A DNA stretch of 64,000 nucleotides from Takakia lepidozioides (GCA_030704615.1 CM060732.1:6448001-6512000), one strand, 5' to 3'; shown: positions 12,101-25,952, numbered from the stretch's first letter. Translations and numbers: made by a program. Notes: generated by a model from the letters alone, not told the origin.

Positions 12101-14429
12101 TATTATGGTTGCGAGTGTTGAGGTAGTGTTCACTTGCATGCAGATGGAGTATGTGAGGCACCATAGTGCAAGCATGGATGGCAGAATATTGGGGGTTGGT
12201 CACTCCATGGGGGGGATCATCCTGTATGCTATGCTGGCAACGCATGGTAGGTGTGACCCTATCTTGGCATCCCCATGTCAACAGCAAGAATGATAATTAC
12301 TCTGTCGCCTCTTCATGGTTTCTCTCTCACACACACACTGGATTTGTAAGACACATCACACAGAAAGTTGCCGTCGCCTTTTGTTTCGACTGTGGACTGC
12401 ATTAGTTTGTATCACTATACAACAGTAGAGACCAGCAATGTGATATTCAGCCAATTCCATGTATGGCCTTTCTGTTGATTCTATGATGTTGAAGATGGAT
12501 ATTAAATCTACAAATGCTGAGGAATGAATGGGGATTGCAATCCTTGGGCCTGGCAGCAGAGCGAGCGGGGCTAGCTGGAGCCGTGACAGTGGCATCATCA
12601 TTGGATTATGGCATGTCGGACACTTCTCTCAAGCTCCTTCTCCCTCTTGTAAGCGACAGTGTCCATCACCTTTAGTGTGTGATAGTCTGGATGGCATGCT
12701 ATGTGCAAAGGTCCAACAGACATCAAGCATGTTTGGCAGTCACATCTCAAGTCTGGTTTGGATAAATAGTTATTGCAATAAGGTATTTTGATGTGTATGC
12801 TTTTCGCAAGTTCAGTCTTCCACATAGTGCACTGGACACATTGCTAGTCCTAATGGTCTGTTGCGGGAGGTCAACTGCAGGCAGACCCAGCACATTTGTT
12901 TAAAGTGCCGGTGGTTCCCTTGGGGGCATTGATGAATGCTATTCATCCTTTGGTGTCACGGCCTCCATATGCACTGGCCTATCTGGGCTACCAAGTCTCA
13001 GCTCGTCGAATGATGGACCCAGCTCTTTTCAAAAAACTTGTACTTAACAATTTTTGTGAGTGCTCCATTCTGTGTCAATACACCGTTTTCCCTAGAACCT
13101 GTAACTTGGCAGCTGCTTGTTTAGTTTAGCAGACATCTGTTTAGAATTTTTGGATGAATTTGAAACATAGTGCTCCATGAGGAGACGGGAAATCAGAAGT
13201 GTCTTGTAAGGCTCATGAGAGGTACTGGTTCTGGGGAAGTTATGGATGATGAAAGTGGACCAGATGTATGAAAAACAGATTTAATCTAGTAGCTTGACTC
13301 TGGCTAAACATGCCCAAACTATGATTTGACCTCTTGACAGTATGGTATGTACCATCTTTGTAGCTACTGATGTTCAAAGAAGCAGGCCTGCATACAGCTT
13401 AGTCTGATATGATTATTGTAAAATAGGTACCATTCCTGTGAAGTTGTTGCTGCACTTAGCAACAGTTTTTCAACCAGGAGGCTTACGGAACCGTGTGGGG
13501 ACGGTGACATACAAAGATGGGCTTCATAATTGCAAAGTGCCTGTACTTGCTATTGCTGGTGATGAGGACCTGATTTGCCCTCCTCCTGCTGTGGTTGGTA
13601 ATGTCCTCAAATTTCTCTGTGATTGGAGCCTATAATTGTTGATTTAGCTATGTGACATCTTTGCAGTAGAAGGTGGTAAAGGTTTGCAATGTATAGCTAG
13701 GGCACAGCAGCCTCACTGTTGGGCTTCCAATCCACACTGGCCAATGTTGGAGGTTACCATTATGTGGTCAATTGGGCCACAGGCAGGGGCGCTGCCTCAG
13801 TAGTATGGCACGCCAGCGCGCTGAGGGAAAGAAAACCTTCCATGATGGCATTGTAGTGGCCATTGGAAATCACCCCCTCCTACAGCAAGCAGTAATTGCA
13901 ATGGACTACTGAAGAGTAGACGGTTGTTCCTGGGTTCTGGGTTCTACTCTTAGTAAGGACACGTCCGTCCACTAGCCCCTTGATGGCCTGTGTGGAGAGC
14001 TGTACATTCTGTACGTCATTGGACATTAACCTCTTCTTTCTTTCTTTGGTTGCAGTCAAGAATTCCTTCTTTGGTCGCTCTTGATTTAAATACATTGTCC
14101 TGTGCCTTAGATACCGTGAAGGCGTTTCCACAAGAGCATGTTATCTATAAATTGTTCGGAGGTCAAGCTGATCAACACTACGGCCACTATGACCTTCTTT
14201 GTGGCCGCACAGTATGTGTTTCGTTTCATGATCTTTTTTTCTTGTACATCATGGGCAGAATCAAATGGCAAGCCACAGTTGCATAATTTTCCTTTCTAGA
14301 CCCAGTTTAGATGCAATTGGACTGATCAGATAATTATTTCCCCCTTCTGTGCAGGCAAAGCAAGAAATCTTTCCAATTGTGCAAGATTTCCTTGTGAAGT
14401 GCGATGCCTTGAATTTAAAGTCTGGATAA
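9105..14429 (+). CDS. Alpha/beta-hydrolase fold protein (conserved plant family), 11 exons, ~648 aa, probable N-terminal transit peptide
   Basis: Exons 9105-9572, 10101-10178, 10446-10832, 11222-11413, 11812-11916, 12144-12246, 12557(or 12560)-12648, 12881-13055, 13427-13597, 14111-14211, 14355-14429 join into one open frame. Motifs: CTADELHYV, HPVLLLSGIGTN, DWDFDNYLEEDVPAA, nucleophile elbow GHSMGG, GDEDLICPP (acid), HYGHYDLL (His). Confidence 0.93.
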
Positions 14430-15171
14430 GCTGAATATCATAGGTTAGGTGATTTCTTTTGTGCTGCTATTTTGTGTGTTGAATGAGATTTTTTTATACA
14501 TGTGTTCCAAGCTTAATGGAGGCAGCAACTGAAAATGTGCTGGCAATTGAACCATTTGCAGTTGCGATTGACTTCACTCCATGATGGCCTTTTAAGGAGG
14601 GTAAAAAATACATGGATTGAAACACCATATAAGGGTGATTTTCCTGTGTGTACATACCTTCAGAGGTAGATGTGCAGGATGATTTTGATTACTGATGTGA
14701 CATTCAGACGTTCAAGTGCTTATTGGTTCATCATCCACATTGCTTTCTTATTCTGTCATTGTAGATGTTGTGTTTGTAAGGATTATGTACCACGCAGCGA
14801 TAATCATTGTATTGAAAATTGTTTGTAGGCTGGTTTGTATGCATCACTGCAATATTCGACTCATTTATTTTTAATATCATTAGGCACTTATTGAGCTAGT
14901 ATATAATTTACTGATGGTACCTGTTCAATGTTTCCATTTTGTAGTGGAGGGCCTGCGTGCCATTTAGGTACTGAATAGTAAGTTGGAGGCGGGAGAGGCC
15001 ATGCAGAGCCCAGCCCTCCCCCTCCTTTACATACCCTCTCAGGGCGGCAGCCCCGACCCTGTAAGGGTGCGCTGGAGCCTTCCAGAAGGCTGGTCCACGG
15101 TCCCACATTTGACGCCTGGACAAACGTCTTCCTCCCGCTCTCCTGCATCGCTCTACTGCACCTGTTCTTAC

Positions 15172-15665
15172 CAGTGTTGGTCGGACTGGTATAAAATACT
15201 GGTATATGCACTGGTATCAGATACTAGACCAGTCTGGTATCATTTGGGAGAATACTTGGTCATATACCAGACCAGGCTGGTATCAGTTTTTTCATACCAG
15301 CCACAATACCAGTACTTCCCGCCGTCTTCCTCATTTACTCTGGTATGTATACTATATTAGTTTATGTGTATATATGCCTACATACTTGTATTTATGTTTA
15401 TTTATTTATTTATTTATTTATATTGTATTTGTTTTCACTTGATACATGCTAGTGATAAACGTATAATTCAAGATGGCTTTGGAATGATACCAGAATTGAT
15501 ATCTCGTACCAGCTGGTATTGTGGTCATGATACTCATACTCATACCAGTATGTAGAGAATTATACATCCACCATTATATAGACCAGACTGGTATAAATTT
15601 TTTGTGATACGTCTGGTACCAGGACCAGTCTGGTATGTCCTAACCCTTATACCAGAACAACACTG
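15172..15665. mobile_element. Non-autonomous hAT-type MITE (494 bp)
   Basis: Perfect 8-bp TSD GTTCTTAC (15164-15171 and 15666-15673), TIR CAGTGTTG...CAACACTG, many internal CTGGTAT/ATACCAG motifs, no credible ORF. Confidence 0.92.
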
Positions 15666-16181
15666 GTTCTTACCTCCCTATTGGTCGCTCCCACCATATC
15701 TATATCCTTGACCTTCAAAAATTCCCCAAACAGGTCTTGGGTACTTATTTATTCATCTCACGGTTTGGTTGCCAGAGCTTGCCCTCAAATGCAACATCTG
15801 CTCTCATTTTAGGATGGTATAGCAAGGTGGCTGTTACCCAAGCTAGCTCAAGAAAAGATATGTGTAATGGTTTGTGATAGTTAGATTCCTCCTTGCTGGA
15901 GCCTCTCTTTTCTAATGAATTCTTTAAGCATCCTATCCTCCTATTCAAGGAGCCGTCATATTATACATTGAGCATGATGATGTCTAGCTAACCTTAAGTC
16001 ATGTGGTCGCATGTGGACTGTTGCAGCACTAAGGGTTACATGGAGAGGCCAATTTAGCTACCCTGCTACTTGCTACCTTAGGCTAGTTCTGAGTATAAGG
16101 GGGGCTGTTTCTGAGTATAAAGGTTGGGGAGACTTGAGTTAAGGGGCCCTTCTTGGATGTATGTACAAGTGCCACATTAAG

Positions 16182-18161
16182 CTAAAAAGAAAAATGTACC
16201 ATTATATGCATCTACAGTAAGCCCAACTGCTTTCGTAGGCCCTCCGCTTACCCTGGTTTCCCAATCGTCACATGGACCACTGGCATCACATCTTCTAGTA
16301 TGTCTGCCGTCACTGATGAAGCAGGAACTTCACGTTCGTTTTCGTGGTACGAGGGTGCTTCGTGGTTCGTAGGTCCGTTGAAAGTCCATGGTTCGTTTGT
16401 GACAGGGTCCTTCGTTTTCCATTTGTCACGGGTCTCCACTTCGTCTAGATATGCCCATATGTCCTTTCGTAGCCAATTGTGTAGGCTTTGTCGCGAGTTG
16501 CGGGGGTTCCCTTTCCAACTCGTCGACCCATCCTCTCTTCGAGCTTGATTCTGGTTCGTCCATCTCGTCTTCTTCCACTATTGTGGGTAGCAGGGCTAAC
16601 GGCTCCAGCTTAGCTTGCTCAGTCTAACCAACTATGCCATCTCCTGTCATAGTTTCTCCTCCTCCTCCCAGTGGATTCTCTTCATCTGCGAGGGTTGCAG
16701 CTCCTGCGGTTCTTCTTCCATCACATTCTTTCCTTTATGCGCCTGGCTGCGGGTTAGTGCGCATGCCTCCAACTCTTCCAGGGTTGCCAGATTGACTGCC
16801 GGGTCGGCAACAACATTATGTTCATGTACAAGCTTCTGCCTAATTGGGCAATCTCGTACGAAGTGCCCTTCCTCTCCTTAGAGAAAGCAAGTCACTCTAT
16901 AGAGAGCATTGGGGTCGCCGGGGTTACCCCGTCCTCGGCCTCGGCCCCTGCCCCTTCCTCGTCCCCCACCACGATAATATCCGTCATTTTGGCCATAGCC
17001 TTGCCCGTAGGCTTGTCCACATCCTTGTCCGTAGCTTTGCCCGTATCCTTGCCCGTCTTGGTGGGCGATCTGGGCAGCTTCCTCATCCACTTGGACAACA
17101 TTGACTTGGCCAGCTCGATCATTTCTCCTTGTTCGAAGATTGAATCGACACTCTTCGTGGCGAGGACTACTACGAGCGCCTGCAGAAGCTCAATAATGCC
17201 TTGCCACTACCCCGCGCTCAAGACTCAAGCCTACGGGACTGTTTTCGAATTGGTCTACGAAAGGTTTTCCAGGAACGTATTTCCGGAATGCCTCGAGATA
17301 CCTTGGAGAGAGCATTTCAATCAATCCAGACTGTGGAGGAGGACTACGACTCTGAGACGCGGAGGAGGAAGAAGAAAGGGAAGGTGTCCAACGAAGACAG
17401 CAACTCGTCTTCATCAGAGCCCAGTTCAGACTCTGAGGACGAACCCAAGAAAGGGAAAAATGGTAGGAAAGGGAAAAAGAAGATGGTCGAGGCGGCGACA
17501 CCGGTGAGAAGGGATGCCTACTCCACCACTTGCAAAAACTTTGGCCATACCGCCTTGGAATGTGCCTTGTCAAAGATTTACTGCAGTATTTGCTTTTGCT
17601 TAATAAGTACTGATTTTGCAAGTGATAGAAGAAGAACTGCAGGAGCTGCAACCCTCGCAGATGAAGAGAGTCCACTGGGAGGAGGAGGAGAAACTACGAC
17701 AGGAGATGGCATAGTTAGTTCAGACTGAGCAAGCTAAGCTGGAGCCGTTAGCCCCGCTACCCACAATAGTGGAAGAAGACGAGATGGATGAACCAGAATC
17801 AAGCTCGAAGAGAGGGTGGGTCGACGAGTTGGAAAGGGAACCCCCGCAACTCGCGACAAAGCCTACACAGTTGGCTACGAAAGGACGTATGGGCATATCT
17901 AGACGAAGTGGAGACCCGTGACAAATGGAAAACGAAGGACCCTGTCACAAACGAACCATGGACTTTCAACGGACCTACGAACCACGAAGCACCCTCGTAC
18001 CACGAAAACGGACGTGAAGTTCCTGCTTCATCAGTGACGGCAGACATACTAGAAGATGTGATGCCAGTGGTTCATGTGACGATTGGGAAACCAAGCAGAG
18101 GGCCTACGAATGCAGTTGGGCTTACTGTAGATGCATATAATGGTTACATTTTTCTTTTTAG
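16182..18161. repeat. Long inverted repeat (arms ~16182-16725 and ~17622-18161) built from Ty3/gypsy gag relics
   Basis: Arms are near-identical reverse complements; the same peptides appear in ORFs 16248-16439(-)/17788-18192(+) and 16300-16548(+)/17799-18047(-). The spacer has a CCHC-knuckle remnant on minus (VTCFL*GEEGHFVRDC) and gag-like FRIGLR...TCKNFGHTALEC on plus. Confidence 0.9.
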
Positions 18162-18635
18162 ATCGTTTTTGATCTCAAGACAAGTAGTTTAGGCATTGTA
18201 CTGCCAAAACAGGGCAGTTTGTTAATTATTTGGGAATCGTTGGTAAAACACGTAGGAACTTAGATTTTGTCTGCGACGACCATAAAGAAGAGCTATGGCA
18301 TCAAGATGACCGTAGGAAGCTGCATCGACAACAGATTAGGCTGCCAATTCGGTACTAGTAACGGCGACGTGCACCTGTTCGAACAATACATGACGACTGT
18401 TCGAGTCCCGGATTGCGATCTCTCTATTCTCCCGTCTTTTCAAGTCCAGAAGGAATACACGGCGAGGATTTTGGCAATTGGAATAAACAAACTGTACAGC
18501 GATGAAATATTGCGACCAAGCAAAATGCTGCATCGAAGCAAACGGCAGATTAGTAGCTTCACGACCACTTTCAACTTCAAGTCATAGCTTGGAAAATAAT
18601 TCAATGCAAATGCATAAATGACAAGTGAGTGGAGT

Positions 18636-21600
18636 GTCAACCTGCTCTATGGGAGGTGCCTGGGATGCTCTAATGACTCGTGCAATGGTACTCTATGTGG
18701 TCCTTCTGCGGTACTCATCACTAGGTCCACGCTGGCCTTCCTACTCGTCTCCAAGTCTCCCTTTCCCCACACGAAATTGCATAAGCTCCTTGATCAAATT
18801 CAAAAGGGCCTCAAGGCCAATCAAAGGGACTAGGCTCCTTGCCTTAATCCTCTAACAATCCTTCTATACTAGGGAGCTTCAAGCTCCACTCCCTAGGACC
18901 TAGGCCTCCTCAAGCAATTCTAGCAAAGCAACAAAACATGAAGCAAGAGGAAAACTATGCAATGGAACTAGGTGAAGAACAAGGAGGGCATTGTTCTTAT
19001 TTCATACCATTTTTGAGCCTAAAAAACTAGTGAGAAATAATACTAAACTATAATAACCTTGAAGGATCTATAGTTTAAAATTCATAGATTGAAATAAATT
19101 AAGGAAATGGATGGAAAATCTTGGAGGCCAATGAAAACTGGTTTTTCATCCACCCCCTTTGGATAACCAGTTGGCGCTAGTTGTCAATTGTCATCCATCC
19201 ATCTTCCAGGGCGAATTTTCCCTTTTCATCCCATGGATGAAGTAGAAATTCAAATAATCGGCTTTCGTGAGTGTCGTTGACTTGATAATTTGATGCCATC
19301 ACTAATCTCATCCATAAATCACCAAACTTGGTGACAAATTATAATTGAACACCTCATGGATGCCTACAAATTTTCAGGGTGATCGGGGATGACAAGATAT
19401 TTCAATTGGCGGTTTTCGCCATTTTGCCATACAGGAAGTTACTCCTTCCTAGGAAATAATTAACTGATGGTGGTTGCTTGCCAAAAGAGGTAGAAGCTTG
19501 TTTTTAGCTTCCACAACAAGCATTCATGTCTTTTACGACTGGGGAAAATCTCACACACATGCTCCACTCTTGGTTTCTATGTGTTGCTCCCCCAAGTAAT
19601 ACATGATCTCCATCTCATGCAAGGAGAAAGATTCAAATCCCTTCACTTGCTAGCTCAAAAGCCACTTCTCTCAGGCTTGAAATTGCGAAGCTCAAGCCAA
19701 AAGCATGCTCCACACATGCATCACCTCATACACAAGGGAGTCAACGTGCTCCCTTCATCTTCTAGCTCTCCTCAAGCTTGAAGTTGGAAGCCACACTTGG
19801 GAAGCATGCTCCACACATGCACCATTTGCTTGATCAACCACTTGCTTCACCAAGAGCAATCCACCACAAAGCTCACACTACTAGAGCATGAATAGCCGGG
19901 CATTGCCTCCCCCTCTTGTCACATTACATAATTAGGGTGGAGCTATGAATACCTTGAATGATGATCTCTCCTCAAGACTTCCCACAAGTTGTTCTCCAAG
20001 CCTTTCCAATGCCCTAAGCTTGGCTCCACATCACCATGGAAGATTCCTCCATATGTTCCTTTCACAAAACCTCTTGAGCTTCTTAATGCTCTCCAAGTGT
20101 TTGCCCTTGTTGTCTTCAAACCCAAGCCTATGTAGCTCCTCGGCTTCTCTTCCACAACATCCACACTTGAGCTGGCTTAATCCTAGATTGCTAGTGAAAT
20201 GAGCACCAACAATCATTTAGTCGCTCTCCATAAGTCATGGCATACACCATTGAATCCATAATATATAGAAAAGATTCTCAAACCCTAGAATCCATGCTTC
20301 CACACACACAAGACTTTCCTCTTGCAATCCTTGCAAATCTCGTGGCAAACAAGCTCTTTCTTGAGCTCTCCAACACCTTGGTGTAACACCACAAATATCT
20401 TTCCTTGCAACCCTTGCAAGCCTTGTGATACAAGAGCTGAATTCTCCTAGTTCTCAACCTCTTTAAGATATAAGTGCAAAACTAATCCTTACACTCCGCA
20501 CTCACAAACATAAGGTCATCTTCTTGTAGTGAAAATGAAAGTGAACACAATGGAAACACTCCACTCATGAATCCACTCAATCACATAAACTAAGTCAAGC
20601 CAAGGGCACCTTTGCTAAAGGAATCCACCCTATAAAGCCCTCACCACACTTCCTCTCAACACCTAGAGCTATGGAGGTGGGAGATGCTCATGGAGGCTCA
20701 ACTACAAGAAGATGAGCCTCCTCAACCCTCACAAGGGGAAAACCCATCCCCATATCCCAAGTGAGGCTTGACACCTCACTTGGCATGTGAGACCAAATGA
20801 AGTCCCAACACACAAAATACAAATATAAATATCCAAAATATCCTAATTAACTAGAAGTAGGTAATTCTAATTAACCATAACTAAAACCATGACACAGCAG
20901 TTTGTTGCATTGGAACAAACGGTGAGTCCGAACGATGCGAAATGAAACGCGAACTACACCAACAATGCAGAATAGCTGGAGATGACTTCGAAGATCAATG
21001 ATCCAGTGGCAAGGTCAAAGACCCACAGAGGCACCCCCATTAGGACATTTTGCAGGGAAGCAGCTTCATTCGCGGCAATTCGATGCAGAATGGCATTTTG
21101 GAGAAGACAAATAAACACGACCGACCTGAAAATTTTCAAGCTATTACAAAACACCTTAACACAATTTATCACCAAGTTTGGTGATTTTTGGTTAAGATTA
21201 GCGATGGAACCGATTTTCAAGGCCAACGGTACTTGCGGCCACCGATGTCAATTCTTTCTTGACCAGATAATTAGAGTTGACCATGAGCTGGTGCTAGCTG
21301 GTGCTAGCTGGACTTAGCTGGTCATTCATCATTAGGATGGAAAAAAGCCAATTCCCATCCGCCTTGGAAAAAATCATCCTAAGGCTTTTAACTATTAGTT
21401 TATTTTCCTTTAGCATTTATGGAAACCATTAGGTAAGAATAAAAAACTCAAGGTAGGCCTCAAAGCACTATATAAGAAGTCCAAGGCCCTCCTTGTTCTT
21501 CATCTTGTGCTCTTCCTCTTGCTTTGTTGCTTTGCTATTAGTTCTAGTTTTCACTACGGATTGGGGTTGGTTTGGAGACTTGGAGACGAGTACGAGCCGG

Positions 21601-22420
21601 AATCGGTTGGGCGAGGTACCAAGTCACCAAGCGAGTTAGAGCATCACAAGCGTCCCCACCAATTGAAGGGGTGAGCTAGCCCTGTGCCATTGAGCATTTG
21701 AATTTCTATTCCTGTGTTTTGAATATTGACCCAAGCTAGGATGAAGACCTCCCCTAGACTTGTTATTTGAGCTAGAGCCCTAGATCCTAGCTTTGTTTTG
21801 TTCATTTATTTATCTATGTGCTAGAGACCAAGACCCTAGCCTATATTTGTTGAAAACCCCATTGAGATGTGAAGCTAGAGCCCTAGATCCTAGCTTTGTT
21901 TTGTTGAAGCATCTATTATATTTGCTTGTTATAGGTGAAATCCACCATAATTATATATTTTGTTCCCCATAGACGAGGGTAAGCTAGAGGGAGAAACCCC
22001 TAGTGTGTTATTTGATTATTGTACTTGAGTCAATTTTCACTAACCCAAGGAGCTTATAGCTCCTATTCACAGGCTCATGTATACTAGCATTCATCACACA
22101 CAGCGCAAACCCAACCCAATCTCTCTCTTCCTACATCGAGCCAAGAGGCCGGCCATTTTTGTTGAGCTTGAGGAAATTTTCCCGAGCCTTATTTTCTTAC
22201 GCCCAAGGATCCAAAGGACCTTGGGTAATAGTTAGCCTACCCTAGAGTGGGGACTAGCCCAAAGGATTCTAAGGGGCAGCCCAAGATAGAGTTGCCCTAA
22301 GACATTTAAGGCCTAGGGCCTAAGTTAGGGGGGCTTGAAAAGTCAATAGCCACCCCATTTCCCCAAGAGAATTGCGGACCCCACGCAGGGTCAGTGCGGC
22401 TCCCACCAAAAGTGGGAGCA
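18636..22420. mobile_element. Degenerate LTR-like/retroelement relics (at least two pieces in opposite orientation)
   Basis: 18650-18990 is a diverged reverse complement of 21485-21660 (shared CCCTCCTTGTTCTTCA, TTGTTGCTTTGCTA, GGAGACTTGGAGACGAGTA). TATA-like CTATATAAG at ~21468. TGTCA...TGACA at 18636/20894 without a matching TSD. Boundaries uncertain. Confidence 0.4.
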
Positions 22421-23859
22421 TACGGTGAGGCGTTGGGCTGCCACACATCAGGCGCAGCTCCACAAAGGGGCGAAGGCCCATCATAGGGGCCCTAGGACCG
22501 CTGGGCGGAAGCTTTACCCGCCTATTAACCAGCGGGCTCCCCCACGGCGGCGGCGAATAGTGCCGCGCCCTCCATCGAGGTCACTCAGCTACTACAAAGC
22601 GGAACACTTCATTTCCGCTACTGTAAAACAATAACAAGAGCACACAGGCGGCACGCCTGACCTTCCACAATGTCCGCAGCGTTGACCGGGGTCAACAGCG
22701 TTATCCGTGCCCAAGGACCGCTGGTCCTTGGGGGGCAAAATTAAGGGGGGTGCTTTTGATTAAATACTTTTGGCACTATTCCTCGGCTTCCTTTCCCGCA
22801 TGTGGTGCGGACGGGGAAATAAGGGGCTTCGACCCCCATTTAGATAGAATTCGCGGCCTCGGCAGGGCCATCATTTCGGCGTAGAAGACGCCATCCTGGA
22901 GCTCACGGCCAGAGGCCGGCGCACAGAGACAACGGGAGAGGAGAGGCAACCATTGCAAGTCGATAGAGCTCGGCTGGGGTTCTTAAGGTAGAGGATGACG
23001 AATTTTAAATACGGTATGCCTTACTCCTTCCTTATTTAAGTAGAGGTGCATGTTTTGTGGTGTGGAAAGCCCCTAGGCCCCACCTTATTTGTTTAATTAC
23101 TCCCTCATGCATGATTTGAGGATAGGGATGTGCATAAAGTCACATTTCATCCATCCAGCAGTGGTTACCTGGATGAGAACTAGATTTAATTAATAGTGGT
23201 TGGAGACCATTAGTGGGGCGTTCCCATAGGTGGGGAATGGTTCCCCTTGCTCCCAAAGTTGGGACTGCGTTCCCAGAGGGTTCCCTTGGGCCCCTGGAGG
23301 TAATTTCTGGATCTTGGGAATCTGAAGGTGATTCCCCATCCAATGCTTATTTTTATTATTTTTCTTATTATTCTCATTTTCTAATGATTTTCAGGCTTGA
23401 TTAAATCAAACCTAAAGTATTAACTGGAACTTACGGGCAGCGATGGCGGAGCTGCAAGACGACCCCCAACGGTCATCTGGCCACTACCTTCGCCAATTTT
23501 ATCTCCCTTGGACCTCTGGCTGCCTTCACATATCCCAGCAGGCACTTGCCGCCAAGCATAGCTTGCGTTTGATATGCATATTAAGTTTTTTTATGTTTTT
23601 TCTCCAAGCTCACTTTCGACTATTCATCCTAAAGCCAAGCTTCCTTTCATCTCCATATCAGACTCTTGTATCATCCCTAATCTGCCTGCCTCCGCCGTCT
23701 CTAACTATTAGGCAGTCGCTTTCGGCAGAGACGTTTCCCGCTTCTTCTCTTTCCCTCTATTTTCTACACTACTCCACACTCTCGCCCCCCCGGCCCCCCT
23801 CTCAGTAATTCTAGCGAGACCTCCTACTGTATTTCTCGTTTTCAGCTACTATTGACGTT

Positions 23860-25270
23860 ATGGCTCCCGGAAACAACCAGCTACAGAACAACTATAAGAT
23901 GGAGACTCAAGGTGTCAATCGTGGAATGCACAATAATCACAGAAGAACCAACCCGTCGTCTAGGACAGGCTTTTTTCTGGCACATCAAGCTCACTCCAGG
24001 ATTGCTTCTGCGAGCGGTTTAGTAAGACCCCCCCCCCCTTTCATTCCCACCAATCCCCCCTCTCCCCCCCAACCACTTCTCAAAATTCCCAGGCTAAGCT
24101 CTTTTCTGCCGAACCTTCCGAGTCCCCCAATTCTGGAGAATCTGCCAACGGACTGGGAGGAAGAAAAAGTACTCAATCAAGACGACTTGGATAAGGACTA
24201 CCCCATGATCGACATGAACATCCCAGAACTGCAGAAGAGAGTAGCAACAATGGAAGAGTCGGGTATTCTCATTCACTTTCCGGGGAAAAAAGTAGATAGG
24301 GCTTTTGTCAGGGATTGGGCCATCATACATCTTGGAGGCCATGGTGAACTGAGACAGCAATTCTGCCATGCAAAAAGACGCGGTTTTTTCTCAATCATCT
24401 TTCAAACACAAGAGGCAGCTAATGAGGCGTGACTATTCAATCCTCATACAAAGGGTTTCAACGTCAATATATTTCCTTGGTCATCAAGGATGGGCAACAG
24501 GAATGGAAAACTTTGGGGCCCTCGGATTGTCTTGGTTCCCTACATCCCAGACCAGTACTTGATAAACTTGGCGGATATAGCAAACCACTTCGGTTCATAC
24601 CTTGGGTGTCTGGCTGTATTTGACCCCCAAATGTGTACACATAACCTAAGGCAGGACCCGGCTTGGAAATTGGTGACTATTGCTTCACGCCTTCACGAAA
24701 TAGGATGTGCCAAATTTGTTTTGATAATGCCGGACGAAGATGTTATCCCGCAATTTGTTAAAATGCCAATAGACGAGGAGGGCAACTACTTCACAATCCA
24801 GCTCATAGAAGACACTACCTACACAGTTTGCTTCAATTGTGGCCAGTTGGGCCACATTAAACTGGACTGCCCTATGGCTAAACGCAAACGCTCCCAGCCT
24901 TCCACCATCCCTCATTTACAAGATCAAGGAGGGAATCCAACAGCAGGCTCTAATCAAGAGCAGGAATTACAATCTCCTACTCCACATTCAGGTCCCTCAT
25001 CAATTCACCGGAGGGGTCAAACCCTGCACACTGCACCAAATGATCCACTGCAACTCAGAACCCGGCTTCATACTGTTGGTAGGGAAGGAACATACACAGA
25101 TCCTATGCAGGAAGAGCTGATGGCACACCAACAACGGAAGGCTGCTATTACAAAGGGAAAAGGAAAACATGCGGAACAACAACTACAAGAGGCCACTACC
25201 GCAAAAAGAAAGGAAAACCAGGGGGATGGCTCACCACAAAGAGTGGTCAGATTGACACTTCCTACCAGTA
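23860..25270 (+). pseudogene. LINE (L1-like) ORF1 relic with CCHC zinc knuckle
   Basis: ORFs 23860-24432 and 24490- are in the same frame, separated by one TGA. RRGFFSIIFQTQEAA...YFPWS is a DUF4283-like pattern, followed by CFNCGQLGHIKLDC. No ORF2 seen. Confidence 0.6.
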
Positions 25271-25399
25271 ACTCTTTTCCCAAAATCACCATTGGGATTG
25301 CATGTAACTCCAGCTTCGCAAACACTTGTCTCCAAACCTGCTCATTCCCACACCTGAATCTTAGGGGATGCTCGGGTTTAGAGATTATAGACACACCAA

Positions 25400-25952
25400 C
25401 GGCTATGTTATATCACCTTGGCTACAGAGATGGGAAGAATACAGGGGTTAGTTTGTGCCCAAAAGCCTCCATGCGAGTGAAAGCCCACTTTGCCCAATGT
25501 GGAGGCAATATCCCACCGTCTCTTGATGTGGCCGCGGCTTCTGAGCCAAACACTTCATGTTCGAATCAAAATGCCCCTCAGAATTGTACCGAGGGGGATT
25601 CTTGTGAGGCGTCTGCTGTTCGTGGAGAAGCCGGTGGGTCAGGAGCAACACCCGATTGTACGCCAGCACTTGTACGGACCAGACCATTGAGGCAACAATC
25701 AATGCAAGAAGGCTTAAATTTGTCGCACAGGAGGACTCTGGATAAGAAGTGGACCCAATTTTTTTACAAGGCCAATATTCCGTTCAATGTCTCGAGGCTT
25801 CCTACGTTTGTGGCTGCTGTCAAAGCCACGTCCGATCCAAGTCCACATACACACCTCCGAGTTATCGCGGTCTCCGCACATGATTGCTAGAAGAGGCTAT
25901 GTCTGACCTTACCCAAAAGGTGAATGAAAAAACAGGTGATTCTCTCCAGAAA
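25400..25952 (+). pseudogene. hAT transposase, 5' fragment (interrupted)
   Basis: MLYHLGY...VSLCPK (end of a BED-type finger), WTQFFYKANIPFNV, then after a frameshift PPSYRGLRT*LLEEA...GDSLQK, which continues in frame at 53139 as YGSTICADGW. Confidence 0.88.

Noticed and set aside
18636-20894. Intact solo LTR (TGTCA...TGACA)
   Set aside because: The flanking 5-mers differ (TGGAG vs CAGCA), so there is no TSD; kept only as a low-confidence relic.
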